Source: Chrysomallon squamiferum (Eukaryota; Animalia; Mollusca). Taken from it: a stretch of 64,000 nucleotides of DNA. Below the pieces are notes generated by a model. It was not told the DNA's origin. It searched no databases and saw only the letters and a list, made by a program, of their open reading frames with translations. Positions within the stretch are counted from its first letter, which is position 1. Each line of letters starts with the position of its first letter. The stretch spans positions 8,184,001 through 8,248,000 of the forward strand of contig CM022668.1 in the NCBI GenBank assembly GCA_012295275.1. The letters run 5' to 3'. A program made the position numbers and the translations under genes. Of this stretch, positions 26,004 through 38,900 are shown piece after piece.

Positions 26004-27952
26004 CTGTTCTGCATTATATTGAGCATGTTTTTGCACCTGTAAAACTGTACAGAAAAATTAACAAAGCTACAAGTGGGATTCTCCTTCAGCATCTTTTGTC
26101 TCGAATCATCAAAAATAACAAATACCAACATAATCTTTGTTTTAACTTAACAGTTACTAAACAGTAAACTGCTGAGACAGTAAATATTCATTGTTTTTAA
26201 TCAGTCATTTCAATGCAATTATCATATATACACACTGTGTTCCTTTTATAATTCCATCTTCCATAGGCTGGTTGCTAGGCTCATGTCATTCCCTTGACCT
26301 AAGCATCGAAACCATGGCAACTAGCAATGAATGTATTGATTTTTTACCAATGCTGGCTGCATACATATTGTGTTGTAGAACCGAAGCAGACTTGTCTGAG
26401 TGTGATGTTGATCACAAATAAATGTCGGAGATGTGCAATACTTGCAACAACAGCAACAGCAGCAGCAGCATAATCACTCAAACATAAACATAAATGTTAG
26501 CAAAACAAAATTCTAACAAAGATAAAGAATTATCACCTAAAAAACAAACATAAATATTAGCAAAACTAAATTTCAACAAAGATAAAGAATCATATCAAAT
26601 ATTTATCAGCAGCATCAGACATTACTGTCATTCTATTTTGATAAATGTATACATTGCAGTGTCTGTTGCATATTTATTAATAAAACCAATACATTATCTA
26701 TTACATTATCAACAAAGTCATGTCAGAACTATTCCAGGATTTATGGATTTATGTAAGACATGGTATTAGTGTTTTTATAAATAATAATAGATTTTATTAT
26801 CAAGTATAAATAAAATAGAATTTTCTAAGCATTATCAGATACTACACTCCAGTTATAAACAAACACTCACATGCACATGCATGCACACACACATACACGC
26901 ACACTTTCTATCCTATATCATCCATTTTATTAATCTTTCATATTCAAAATATTCATTCCCTGGTGTTTCTGGCAGTATGCATATGTAACTGAAAACATTT
27001 GTTATTCTTCTTTTCTTAAGTACTTGTTAAAAAGAAAAGCACATCTTTAGCAAGTGTATTAGAAAAACTAAAAACTGCAGAAAAACATACAAACCAACAA
27101 ATCATTACATCATGTTACTTTGTAAAACACTGCATAAGCAGTTTTTGATACAGACACTGTATGCATAATTATCCTTTTATTATTTATTTATTTTTAAAAT
27201 AAACTTGAAAAGACAGCTGAGCAAAAACAATTTTTTTTTGACATATTTATTAATACATTTTAACATTATTTGTCTTTTAAAGTAATTTTGAAAATAATAT
27301 CACCCTTTAAAAAATTCAAAGAAAACAATATGTAAAGGAAAGCAATAAATTAGGAGACTGAAACACAAAACAAACCAAAAAATAAATTAAAAATGTATAT
27401 ATTATATATGCACATACCCCTTTATATGACAAATATATGCATACACACACACACACACATGAGATTAGCAGAAGAAAATGCAAGTTGCATGTGTAAACAG
27501 TTTCTTTACTAACATTTTTAAATAAAAGCAACAAAAAATAAAATAATAATAATAAGAATAAGAATAAGAATAAGAATAATAAACAAATAAAAATAAAATT
27601 AAATAAGTAAGAAAAAAAAAAAAAAAAGGAAAAACTGTTTACACACACAAGCTGCATTCTCTGCTGTTAATCTGATACTCTATTACTAAACTTTAATACG
27701 AGTTAAAATCTTTTTTTCCCCTCTCTCCTTCAAGAACAGCATCTTATATTTTAAGAACTTCTGCTACACACCCACATTAAAGCAAGGAATTTGTATTGTG
27801 TGGTATTAACTTGGCACTGTCTGAGTGCAGATGTAAGCACTGATTCAAGTGCATGTGATATGAAATCAGATTATAAAATATTTTTGAGACATGATTACAA
27901 TAGATGGTAGAGTTTATTTTGTTTGGTACGATGCCCATCTAAGTTGTTTAAA

Positions 27953-28268
27953 ACTTAGAATCTAATTTTCTTGGCAAAACAGTAATTTTTCTTATTCCTT
28001 TTTTTTTTTTTTCTTCTATAAATTCTGTATCAAAGACCTTGATATGTCTTGTTATGTGTGTGAAAATTAAAAAATACACACAAAAGATTCCTTTCTGCTA
28101 AAAGTAAAACAGCAAATACTTAGAATCTAATTTTCTTGACAAAACATAATTTTTTTTTCTTCTCCTTCTATAAATACTGAATCAAAGACTCTATCCTACA
28201 TGTGTGAAACCAAAACAAAAATACACACAAAAATTTCCTTTCTGCTAAAAGTAAAACAGCAAATACTT
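27953..28268. repeat. Tandem duplication (~150-165 bp, 2 copies)
   Basis: Both copies run ACTTAGAATCTAATTTTCTTG...TTCCTTTCTGCTAAAAGTAAAACAGCAAATACTT. Confidence 0.85.
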
Positions 28269-29061
28269 TTTAAAATAATTACATGGAGGTATTACCAAAC
28301 AGGTAAAGACAGAAAATTATTAGTGAGTGTGGTTTGTTCAGCTCAGTCTCTCATTTCATCTTCCTCTCCATCCCTTTTTTCTTCCTTTTCCATCCCCACC
28401 AAAACCACCCTGCTCTTTGCCACCCCACCAACATCATCCTATTCCTTCCTATTTACCATTTCTCCATCTATCTACTAAACCATTTAGTAATATTATCAAT
28501 TTGAATATACTAAACAAATAAACAATATTCAGTATTTCATCTTTTTTATCTTATAATTTTGTAAGATTATAAACAGATAAATAGGAAGAACTGCCCTAAA
28601 AAGCAATAAAAAACAACTTTTATACAACCACTATCCCAAAAAAAATAACATTCCAAATAATGTTAATAACTGCAAGAAAAACTACAAAACCAAAATTAAC
28701 ACATCTAAATACTGTAGGTAGAACCTCTGAATTTTGGCAACCAAGTTGAAACCAAGTAACTAACATTTTGAAAAACATCGAAAGACAGAAAGCATGTAAT
28801 TTCTATATATTGTATCAGCTGAAGAAACATAACTCATTTGTTTTACTGATATTTCATCTGTCTTTCTGTGCACATTCATGTACACTTGTATACACCCACA
28901 CACCTGCATTCACATGTACATACTGAGATAAAATTTGTATCAATCTAGAGCTCAGCACATACAGCTTTGAAAATTAACCTTGAAAATGAAATATAAATTA
29001 TAACATATATCCAGGGAATTTTTCTTTCTTATCTGTTCTTAGTCAAATATATTTATGTATA

Positions 29062-29064
<3 letters not shown>

Positions 29065-29128
<64 letters not shown>
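29065..29128. repeat. (CA)n microsatellite
   Basis: Perfect dinucleotide run. Confidence 0.97.
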
Positions 29129-29131
<3 letters not shown>

Positions 29132-29602
29132 ACCGTTATATAAATAGTTTTATATATTAATATAATCACCATACATATTTAACAAAACTTCAGCTTATTA
29201 TTTATTTATTTATATATTTGTTGTTGCTGTTATTGTTTTTGCTATTGTTGTTATTACCATTTTTGATTAGTGTGGTGAAATATCACTAAACTAGTATGGA
29301 GTACACTAAACAAGTGAAAACAAAATGTACACTGACAAAACCCGATACTTTTAACTTTGCCAAACTTTTCACATGTAATGCTAGCAAAACATGTTGGCCA
29401 TTTAAACCTATTAGGATTAATACACATGGGAAGCAGTAAGTTTTCTTTTTCTTTAGTTGTTTAGAGCTGAGGTTTTGCCAAAAATGTCACTATAAACTTG
29501 AGATGAGTAAGACAGATCATGACTGCTCTTGAATAAATGAAAAATAAAATGCATATTGAGGCTGCTACATTAATAATAGCATATGTGCATGTGTGTGTCT
29601 GG

Positions 29603-29603
<1 letters not shown>

Positions 29604-29645
<42 letters not shown>
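29604..29645. repeat. (TG)n microsatellite
   Basis: Perfect dinucleotide run. Confidence 0.95.
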
Positions 29646-29646
<1 letters not shown>

Positions 29647-30208
29647 TTCTTTACTTTATTTTTATTTGTGTTTGCATGTCCTTCTTTACTGAAAATGTTT
29701 TTTCTTTGGGTTTTTTTTGGTTTTGGTTTTTTTTGTTCAGGACTGCATACTTTCAATATCACCAACTATTTTACTGCCTTTTCAGGTTTATACAAAATCA
29801 AAACAAAAATAGATCAAAATTATAAATAAATGTAATTTGAAATGTATAATGATTTATTACTTCACCAATCATACTTGAATACTTACCTGACAAATGAAAG
29901 CAAGTATTACCAGTTGTTACCTGAGATTTCATAATAAAGATAACATATAACATATCTGTAATTTTAAGTTCTCAATAATAATAAGAAGAAAAGTTTACTT
30001 GTCCAAGAGATGACTATCACTGTCTGTGGTTTCAACCTCAATTATTATACATTTACATACACAGACAATATTATTTACATAAAATCTGAAAGTGTATAAA
30101 ATCTGCTGCTGCTATACATGTATTTATTTAATCAAGACAAAACTAAAATGTAAATTACAAATATAAACATTTGAAAACATTAAAAGGAAAACTCTGAAAA
30201 GAAAAATA

Positions 30209-30765
30209 CAGTGGACTCTGTTAAAACTGGCACTTCACTGTCTGGATTTCTATGTAAACCAATGCTATTTCAAAGTCCTATCCAGTTAATCTATCATGAA
30301 CAAAACACTAATCCAGATGAATCTACTTCAGATTCTGAATGCAAATTTCAGAACAAAAGAAAAACTTTCATTGTAAATTAAATCAAAATTAATTGACGAG
30401 TTTTTTACAAATCCACTGTGTAAACCAGAAAGATTTTAGCTGTAAATTTAAGACAGGAAGAAAAACAGTGTTTCTAAATGTTATGACCATTAGCATCAAC
30501 TGAACTAAATCAAGACAGAAAACTGGAAACAACCAAATCTGAATGAACAGTTGCATCAATGGTTTCAGTAGGTAAGCTCAAAAATAATTCTCCTATGACA
30601 GAAGAGTCTGCTTTGAAGAGAAACATGAAAAAAATGCTATCTATTTCTCAGAAAATTGTGATATTCGTAATAAACTATTATCCAGTTTCATGTCATTTTA
30701 ATCTTTCTGTACCAACACTGTACATCACTGGGCCCAAGAAATTCCAGTTTTGACAGAGTCCACAG
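30209..30765. mobile_element. Non-autonomous Tc1/mariner-pogo-type DNA transposon (MITE), 557 bp
   Basis: Left end CAGTGGACTCTGTTAAAACTGGCACTTC and reverse-complemented right end CTGTGGACTCTGTCAAAACTGGAATTTC form 28-bp imperfect TIRs (4 mismatches); flanked by TA at 30207-30208 and 30766-30767; no transposase ORF. Confidence 0.85.
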
Positions 30766-31864
30766 TATAAATTTATCATTGGGTAAAGGGGAATAATTCT
30801 GAAAAAAATATATATATTAGAAAATCAAATATACACATACTGAAAATTGTTATTAGTCTAAGTTATTTCCCTTAGAACTTTTAAAATCTGAACCAAAAAC
30901 AAAAACAAAAACAAAAAAATAAGAGAAAATAAATCTCCTAAGGCTAATGAAAATTTTTGAATGTAACACCTGAATTTTTTGGAGAGTATAAATTGTAAAG
31001 TTGTAATTAATTACCATGATGATTATCATTAATTAGTTATTTACTGCAAATATGATGGGGTTTATTTTAAGGGGGAAGTTTTGAAACTGAGTTATTTCAA
31101 ATAGTTTTATATTTTATTTCAGAAGTGTGAAACTAGTTCTTAAAATGTATATATATTATTTATATTAGAAATCAAATCTCACTATTTTTATTTTAATTTA
31201 TACACTTTGGTATTTGAGAAATACTATAAACATATTATTTTATTTATTTATTTGAAAATTTTGTATTTTATAATAATGATTTCAATATGACTATTTAAGA
31301 ATATTTATTAATTAATTCATTAATGTTTTAGAATTATTTTAAGAAAAAAAAAAAAAAAAAAAAAAAAGAATTTATATGAATTGTGTATATCAGGTTTACC
31401 AAAATAATACTAAAACATAATACTTAGTTAAAGATGTTGAACATTTCAGAATTGTATTAAAATAATTTTATATTTCAAAACTGTATTAAAATTTAATATT
31501 CAGTTATTATTTAAGAATTATACCAAAAATAATAGTTTGAAAGTTATAATTATTTCAGGATTATATTAAATAAAAAATATTTCTTAAGTGTTTGCTTTTA
31601 TTTAAATTGCTTCTTATAATAATAATTTTCATATAGACAAGTCTTGAAATATTGAATTCTTACTTATTTATTTAAAATAGTTTTATATATTATGGTTGTT
31701 CTTTGTATTTATTTATTTGCTTATCTATCCCCTATAAGTAAACTGACATAAAACTTAATAACAACTAATGATGCCCTTAAATTATATATATATCTCATAT
31801 GACTGTGACAACCTGAAAAACTTGAAATAAAATGTTCACCTGTCAGTAAACATGCATTACTTAC

Positions 31865-31994
31865 CTTAGCTGATACCAGTGCATTCACAACTGTCTTCTT
31901 GTCACCCTTTGCAGGCTGACCCTCAGGTGAGGACACACCCTGTTTGTCCAGTTTACCATGGCTCAGTTTACGCACCGGGTTTGTTAACCATTTT
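31865..31994 (-). CDS. trio: Trio exon: (R)[43 protein letters not shown]
   Basis: 130 nt, phase 2 to 0; matches Trio/Kalirin KWLTSPVRRLS; AAG|GTAAGT donor. Confidence 0.94.
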
Positions 31995-34900
31995 CTACAA
32001 CAAACAAATAAAATTATAATCTCTGATCTGTCTTTGTTTAGTGAATGAAAAATTGTCAACAGCAAAAAATTCTGCCTTATGGATTTAGTAAATTAACAAT
32101 ATATGTGTGTGTATGTGCTTGTATGTGTGTATGCAAATGTGTGGACTTCTAAAACAGAGAATACATATGCTTTGCATTTCATGTAAAATTCTTCTTTAGG
32201 TACATATTTTGACATTATCAGCTTCATATTAATTTAAGTTTGTAATAATAAACATTTTTTTACACTGACTGAGTATTTGTTTTGTTATCTGTAGAATGAT
32301 GAATATAATTTGATCATATAACATAACATACTTATGTTATTACTTTCAGTATGTGTCAGTTAGATATGAGTGAAGATTTTATATATATATATATATAAAT
32401 ATAAAACACATACAGACAAGACATCATCAAATTATAAAAATCTATCCTTCCTAATCAATTATAAAATTAATTATTATTTTAATTCAATATTTCATATACC
32501 ATCTTTAAATAATAAAATATTTATTTCCACATCTATGTTTTTAATTACATCTCTAAGTTTTGTTTTATTAAATCTATTTCCTGTTTCTGTTTAAGAATTC
32601 AAAGGACAGTTAAAATTAAACTACTTCAATAAGTGTAGAACTTCACTACTTCATGTATCATACCTGAAACTACTTCTTCTCTTTGTAACAGGAGAAGATG
32701 ACAAGGAGCCACTTGGAACATTTTCTGATTCTAAAAATAAAATACAAACATTTTTAAATCTAAAGAGATAAAAACACTAAAAAATACAATATGAAATACA
32801 AGATAAATTACTGAAATCCATTTCAGAAATATTTAGGACCAACTAGAAAAAAAAAAGAAAAAAGAAAATCTAGTTTCAAAGAAACTAAATCCAGATTTAA
32901 AATACATAAATCAAACTTAATACCCAGTATCCTCATATCCAGACTTGAGATTACTTAAATTTATTCATAATAATTAAACCCAGAATATCTAAATTCCATT
33001 TTAAAATAATTAAATCCAATTTTAAAATACATAAAATAATACTAAATAAATCATTAATAAAATTGATAAATCTATTCATATACAAATTTACCTTCAAGGT
33101 CAAGGCTATTTCTTGCACCTGGCACCCTCAGGATTGGAATGGGTTTGAGTGCAGACATTGGCACTAAGCCCTGCACAGGGTCAGACCCATCACTCGGCAC
33201 AGTGCGAATCAGACACACATCAGAGTGACCTGGTGCAGCATCCAACACTTCCACCTGCTGACCTTTTGTGACCTTCACCTCACTGCCTGAGGTTGCTGTG
33301 TAATCTTCAATCACCACTGTGACATCAGCAGGGCCCTGTAAATAAATACAGAAATAAACAATAAAAAATTAATAATCAGAAAACATTTGCTTCATGAAAT
33401 TAAATTTGGTTAACGAAACTCAGCTGTTTGATTAATGAAGAAAGTTAGTATTAAAAAATTACAAAATTTTGTGTTAATAAAAAACAAACAAACAAATACC
33501 ATTATGGTAAGGAAAAACAACTTCTGGAAATAATGGACATAAAACAGTGAACAGTTGGCCACAAATGCATGCAAATTAAAGAAAATTAATTAATTTTTTG
33601 CAATATTTTAAATAATAATAGCTCTTCTGATAGATGTAGTGATCACAAACCTTATTTCAAGCACAAATTTATTTTTAAAAATATGAAATACCTGCAGACT
33701 ATCTACAAACTGTATACAAAATACAAATGAATTTTATCATTTATGTGTTGACTTCTGTTATCCTTATACCACAAAATCCTAAATATTTCTTGTCCCAAGA
33801 ATTTCAGATTAGGGATCCTCAATATGTACTTGAATGTTTATTTTTTACTTAAAACATGATATAAATTGTGTGACATGAATGTATTTACATTATTAACAAT
33901 GTAAATAAGCATACTGTGTTCAACAAATTTAATAGTGAACTGCAAATTATTATTATACACTGTTTTAAAGAATTGTTCTTGTATTTATAATTTTAAAAAA
34001 AAGTATATGTTTTTACAATTTAAAATCCCCTCTTTATTTGTGTGCAAGTATGTGTATCATATGTTTGTTTGTAAGGATATATGTGTGGTTGTATCCATAT
34101 ATATAAACAGAAAAATGTGTATTTGTTTAAAAATGTGTGTATATATTATGTGTTTTGTGTGTGTGTGTGTGTGTGTGTGTGCATGTGTTTGTGTGGGTAT
34201 ATGCACCTGTGTGTGTATGTTTGTGTTTATGTACATACATGTTGGTGTATCCATGTGTTTATATAAAAATATGAGTATATGTTTAAGAACATGTATGTAT
34301 GTTTGTCTGTGAGTATATTAGGTACGTCTCTGTGTGTGCGTCTGTATAATACATTAATATCACTACATCCACAACAACAAAGAAGAATGATTATTTGCCA
34401 GATACAAGACCATAACTCTCCTCCATATCCCACTGTGAAATGAAACAAACTAAACACTGTATGGCTATTTCTGTACATCTGTGATCCAGCACCAATAATC
34501 ACAGTATTTTGTTATGTTCCCAACAACACAAAGACTTCTATTACACACCAAATATAGTTTCAGTGATTAAAAATATCTGTGTTATTATCAAAACATGATG
34601 CCCTAGCAACAACACTAGAAAAACAGAAACCCATTATGATTCTCATTACCATTCACTTAGAGTGCATCTCAGCAACATCAACATGACATCTACAATGATA
34701 CTGATCTTTCCAATGTTATATGCCATACTGCATCGTCACAACAACATGAACAACAACATAGTTACTGGATTTTATTTTTATTGTTAAGATTTTTTTTACC
34801 TACAGTATAATTTTTAGGATTAAGAATGCATGAAATCAGCATAAACATCAAAGTTACACCGACTGAGATATCTTCAATATTACACCAATCTAGAAGTCAG

Positions 34901-35311
34901 TGAATCATAAAAACATCAACATGACAGCAACAACTACATTGATCTCTTCAGTGTGATTTCTGTATTAAATTTTTATCAAACACATATCTAAGAAATTAAC
35001 TCGTGATTTTTAAAAATGTTTTGAGTGTATCATCATCATCATTATTTATTATTAATATATATATTTTCATTTATATTCCTTCTAATTTTTTTGGTCAAAT
35101 ATATGAAATTACTTTATTCTAAATAAATAATGTAATAATTATAATAAAAATAGTAGTAGTAGTAGTAATAAAAAGTCCTAAAAAATAACACAGATTAAAT
35201 GTAGTAAATATATATTTTTTTTAAATCTACTTTTTTATTGTTAACTAATTAAATAATAATTATTATTTATTTTTGTGTTACTTGAGAGAACAAAATGTGT
35301 GTGTGTGTGTC

Positions 35312-35342
<31 letters not shown>

Positions 35343-35864
35343 CACAGGTTCATAATAAATCTATCCATTAAAAAACCACAGACATGTAACAATTAGCTGG
35401 AAGGTTTTGGTAACCAATTATGAAATGCACACATTTCAAAATATTTTTCATTATTAAAAAAAAAAAAAAAAAAATCTCTTGGGAACTGAAAGAGCAAAAT
35501 GAAAATAATAAATTCTAACCAGTCCATAAGTGTGTAAAGAGTTCTGCTTTATAATGAACAGGAGATTTGCAGATTAACTGTGTTTATCATTATCACCTCT
35601 GAAATCCCTGTCTCCACAATGAGAACTAGTTTTAAAAAATACATGCACTTAAATAAATGTATCCACCAAGGTACACAACTATTTTTCTGTTTAATGTTTT
35701 TCATAATTTATATAGAACAACAAAAATAAACACCTATGTATGAGTTTTAAATAAACTGCAGCAACATAGTTAAAGAAATTTACTGTCAGTATTTTTGTTA
35801 AAAATACTGGTAAAATATTAAGTAATATGACAAAATAAACATATACAAAAAAAAAAAAAAAAAA

Positions 35865-35911
<47 letters not shown>

Positions 35912-38900
35912 AATAAAATAAAATAAAATAAAATAAAATAAATAAAGCACCATAAAGGTAATATAAGTTTTAAATATAATAAGAAATATACCTACAGAAT
36001 ATTTCCTGGAACTGAAATCTTGCAAGATCCATATAAAATGTCTGTATACATCATACACTTACACTTAAACAGATTTACCCATCTAGACACTGTCCATTAT
36101 AAATAAACACACACAGCTTTTATTGAACATTGATAATAAATTTTCTCAAAATAATCCACAATTGTCTTCTTCCTTAAATAGCTTATAATCACTCACTGTT
36201 AATGCACAGCTTCAGCCACAATGTCACAACAACATCAACTACCTTGACATTCGCAAAGCCGTACTTTGTTTATTTTGGTGACACAAAATATTAAAATACA
36301 GACAGCAGAAGAAAAAATCTATTCTTTAAGTTATTTATAAATAGTCTTGTTTTTGCAATAACAAAGGAATGATATATATCTTAAAAAATATTTGGTTTAA
36401 TACCATTTTATATATTACAGACTATTATACAAAATAATTTTTTGATTTTACAGAGATGAATCCAAGATTGGAAATTTCTGTCGTTCCAAAGGTTACTTAC
36501 ACTGATTAGCAGCATGACATGTTTATATGAACTGTCTCAGAGAGATACACGTAGTTCAGCCATTTGATAAATGAAACTCAGAACACTGTCAACTCAAAAT
36601 AGCATTTGGAACATGAAATATACAAACAACTTGTTTTTCATACACATTAGTTATTTCAATAGACAATGCATGTTGGCCACTTTGACTGCTAAGCTATTGC
36701 ATTTAATATCAGAATGCATATTCCAGTGTTTCAAGAAAGACTAACTGACAGATTCATGCACAGTATATTGGACAAATAAAAGGTTTGATATCAGGTAAAA
36801 ACTTGCAATGATGACTTTAAAGGATTATTGCTGTTCTAGCCTCTTTTCTAACCATGATCTAACATACACTCCTGAACACTGCAGAAAGACAGGTTAAAGA
36901 GTATTCTATTTGATATCTAATCTGTATCATTATACGCTGAAGCCAGAGCCAAAAATAGATTTCTTTTATTTTTAGACAATGTCTGATAATCCAGTTAATT
37001 ATTATATAGATATAAATGAACTGGTCATAGCTATCTATGGCAAAATGATAAATAAGATAATTCAGTAGAGAGTATACTTATGAACGAATATATGAAAATG
37101 AATGTGAAATGAAAATATGTGTATGCATGTGTATCTATGCTTGATTGTAGGGTGTGTCTAATAAGCATGTACATAAAGAAAGAAATAAGTATGATTATAT
37201 TAATTTATAATATTTGTGCATGTGTATGCATTAGTATCTTACTATGCATGTAAAAGCAAGCATGAGAAAGTACAAAAACTTCTCTTTTTCTTTTGTTTTT
37301 AAAAAGGTTACTTGATTTTTCATTTTGTTTTTGGGTTGTTGTTTTTTTAAATTTATTTTGTTAAATTCATCCAGTATTTTCTTCTATTTTTTCTCATAAA
37401 AACATAATTATCAGCATTATAACAAGTCTTTAAAAAAATGGAGCATGAACCCTGATTCTGTTGCTTCAATAATAATAATAATAATAATAATAATTATTAT
37501 TATTATTATTTTACGATTTAAATATGCAGATTCAGAAAAATCCTTTATTGAATATAAAAACAGATAATGATAAACAAATGACTCCATCTAATTTCTTTAT
37601 CCTTTGATCTTATCCATTAACACAAATGTAAGAACTAATCCGTATTAAAAATAATAATAATAATAATATTTTTATAATTGGTTTTATGACTATCTGGAAT
37701 ATGAATATGTTAATTGTAAACCTCATCTTCCTTTCAGAGAGCAAGGTCTACACATTACAGTGCTATAAGTATTAATGAATAAGTATTAATTTATTAAATT
37801 CCTCTACAAAATACATTATTTTACCAAATAAGCTAAAAAGGAACACATTGTATCTACTACATAAATCTGTATTTATTACAAAAAAAGAAATAATAATAAT
37901 AATAATAAAAAATAAAAAAATAAAATAAAAATGTAGTTACTAAAAGTGTTAATAAACACTTGAGAAATTTTATCCATTGCCCTAGGGTATAACACTAAGA
38001 ATCCTGAAGTAATATTTAGTTCATCTTCAGTAAAAATGTTAAAACTCCATTATAGTTGCAGGCTATTCTAAGATTAATGGCTTAATTACTGAATCTCAGT
38101 ATGATTATGTAACATTCTGAAACCTGAAACAAAAGTATACTGACAGTTCAAACACAACCCTTGAAGGGCAGAAATTATCATTTTGATATTGTTCTCTCAG
38201 TATAAGCTGCAGTATTAATTAAATACAGATTAACACAGGCATATGATCAAATGTAGCTATGAATGAACAAGAATGATAAAGAATACTGACTTTATAGATC
38301 ACATGAAAAAATTTGATATTCTAGGAAGCAGAAATTTTAACTCCAAGCTATTTAATTATGGCAGATGACAACATCCTCATTGCCAAGTTATTAACAAGTC
38401 TTAAAGATGTAAATTAAAAATGATTAAAATCAACAAAAGTAATATATATCACGAATGTCAACTACAATGTATTAATATTTAATAAAACCAAACAAAATGC
38501 AAGATAATGACTGCCAACAACAATGACCAGAAAATCCACTATGACAAATACAAATGACAGTGAAAAGAAAATACACCATGACAAATACAAATGACAGTGA
38601 CTATAAAATACATCATGACAAATGCAAATGACAGTGACACGAAAATACAACATCATGACAAATGCAATTGCAAATGACAAGAAAATGCATACATCATGAG
38701 AAATTGAAATGGCAATGACAAGAAAATGCAACAATCATGACAGCTGCAAATGATAATGACAAGAAAATACATCATGAAAATGACAAATAAAAATGACAAA
38801 AAATAAAACATTGTGACAACTGCACACTACAATGACCCTTTGATCCACTTTAACAATATCTCTTAAACTACATAATGTAAATATACTTTTAAAAATTAAA

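Noticed and set aside
29995-30090. Coding-like minus-strand segment EVETTDSDSHLLDK
   Set aside because: The nearest acceptor is a GAG without a pyrimidine tract and the donor is weak; no consistent exon could be defined.
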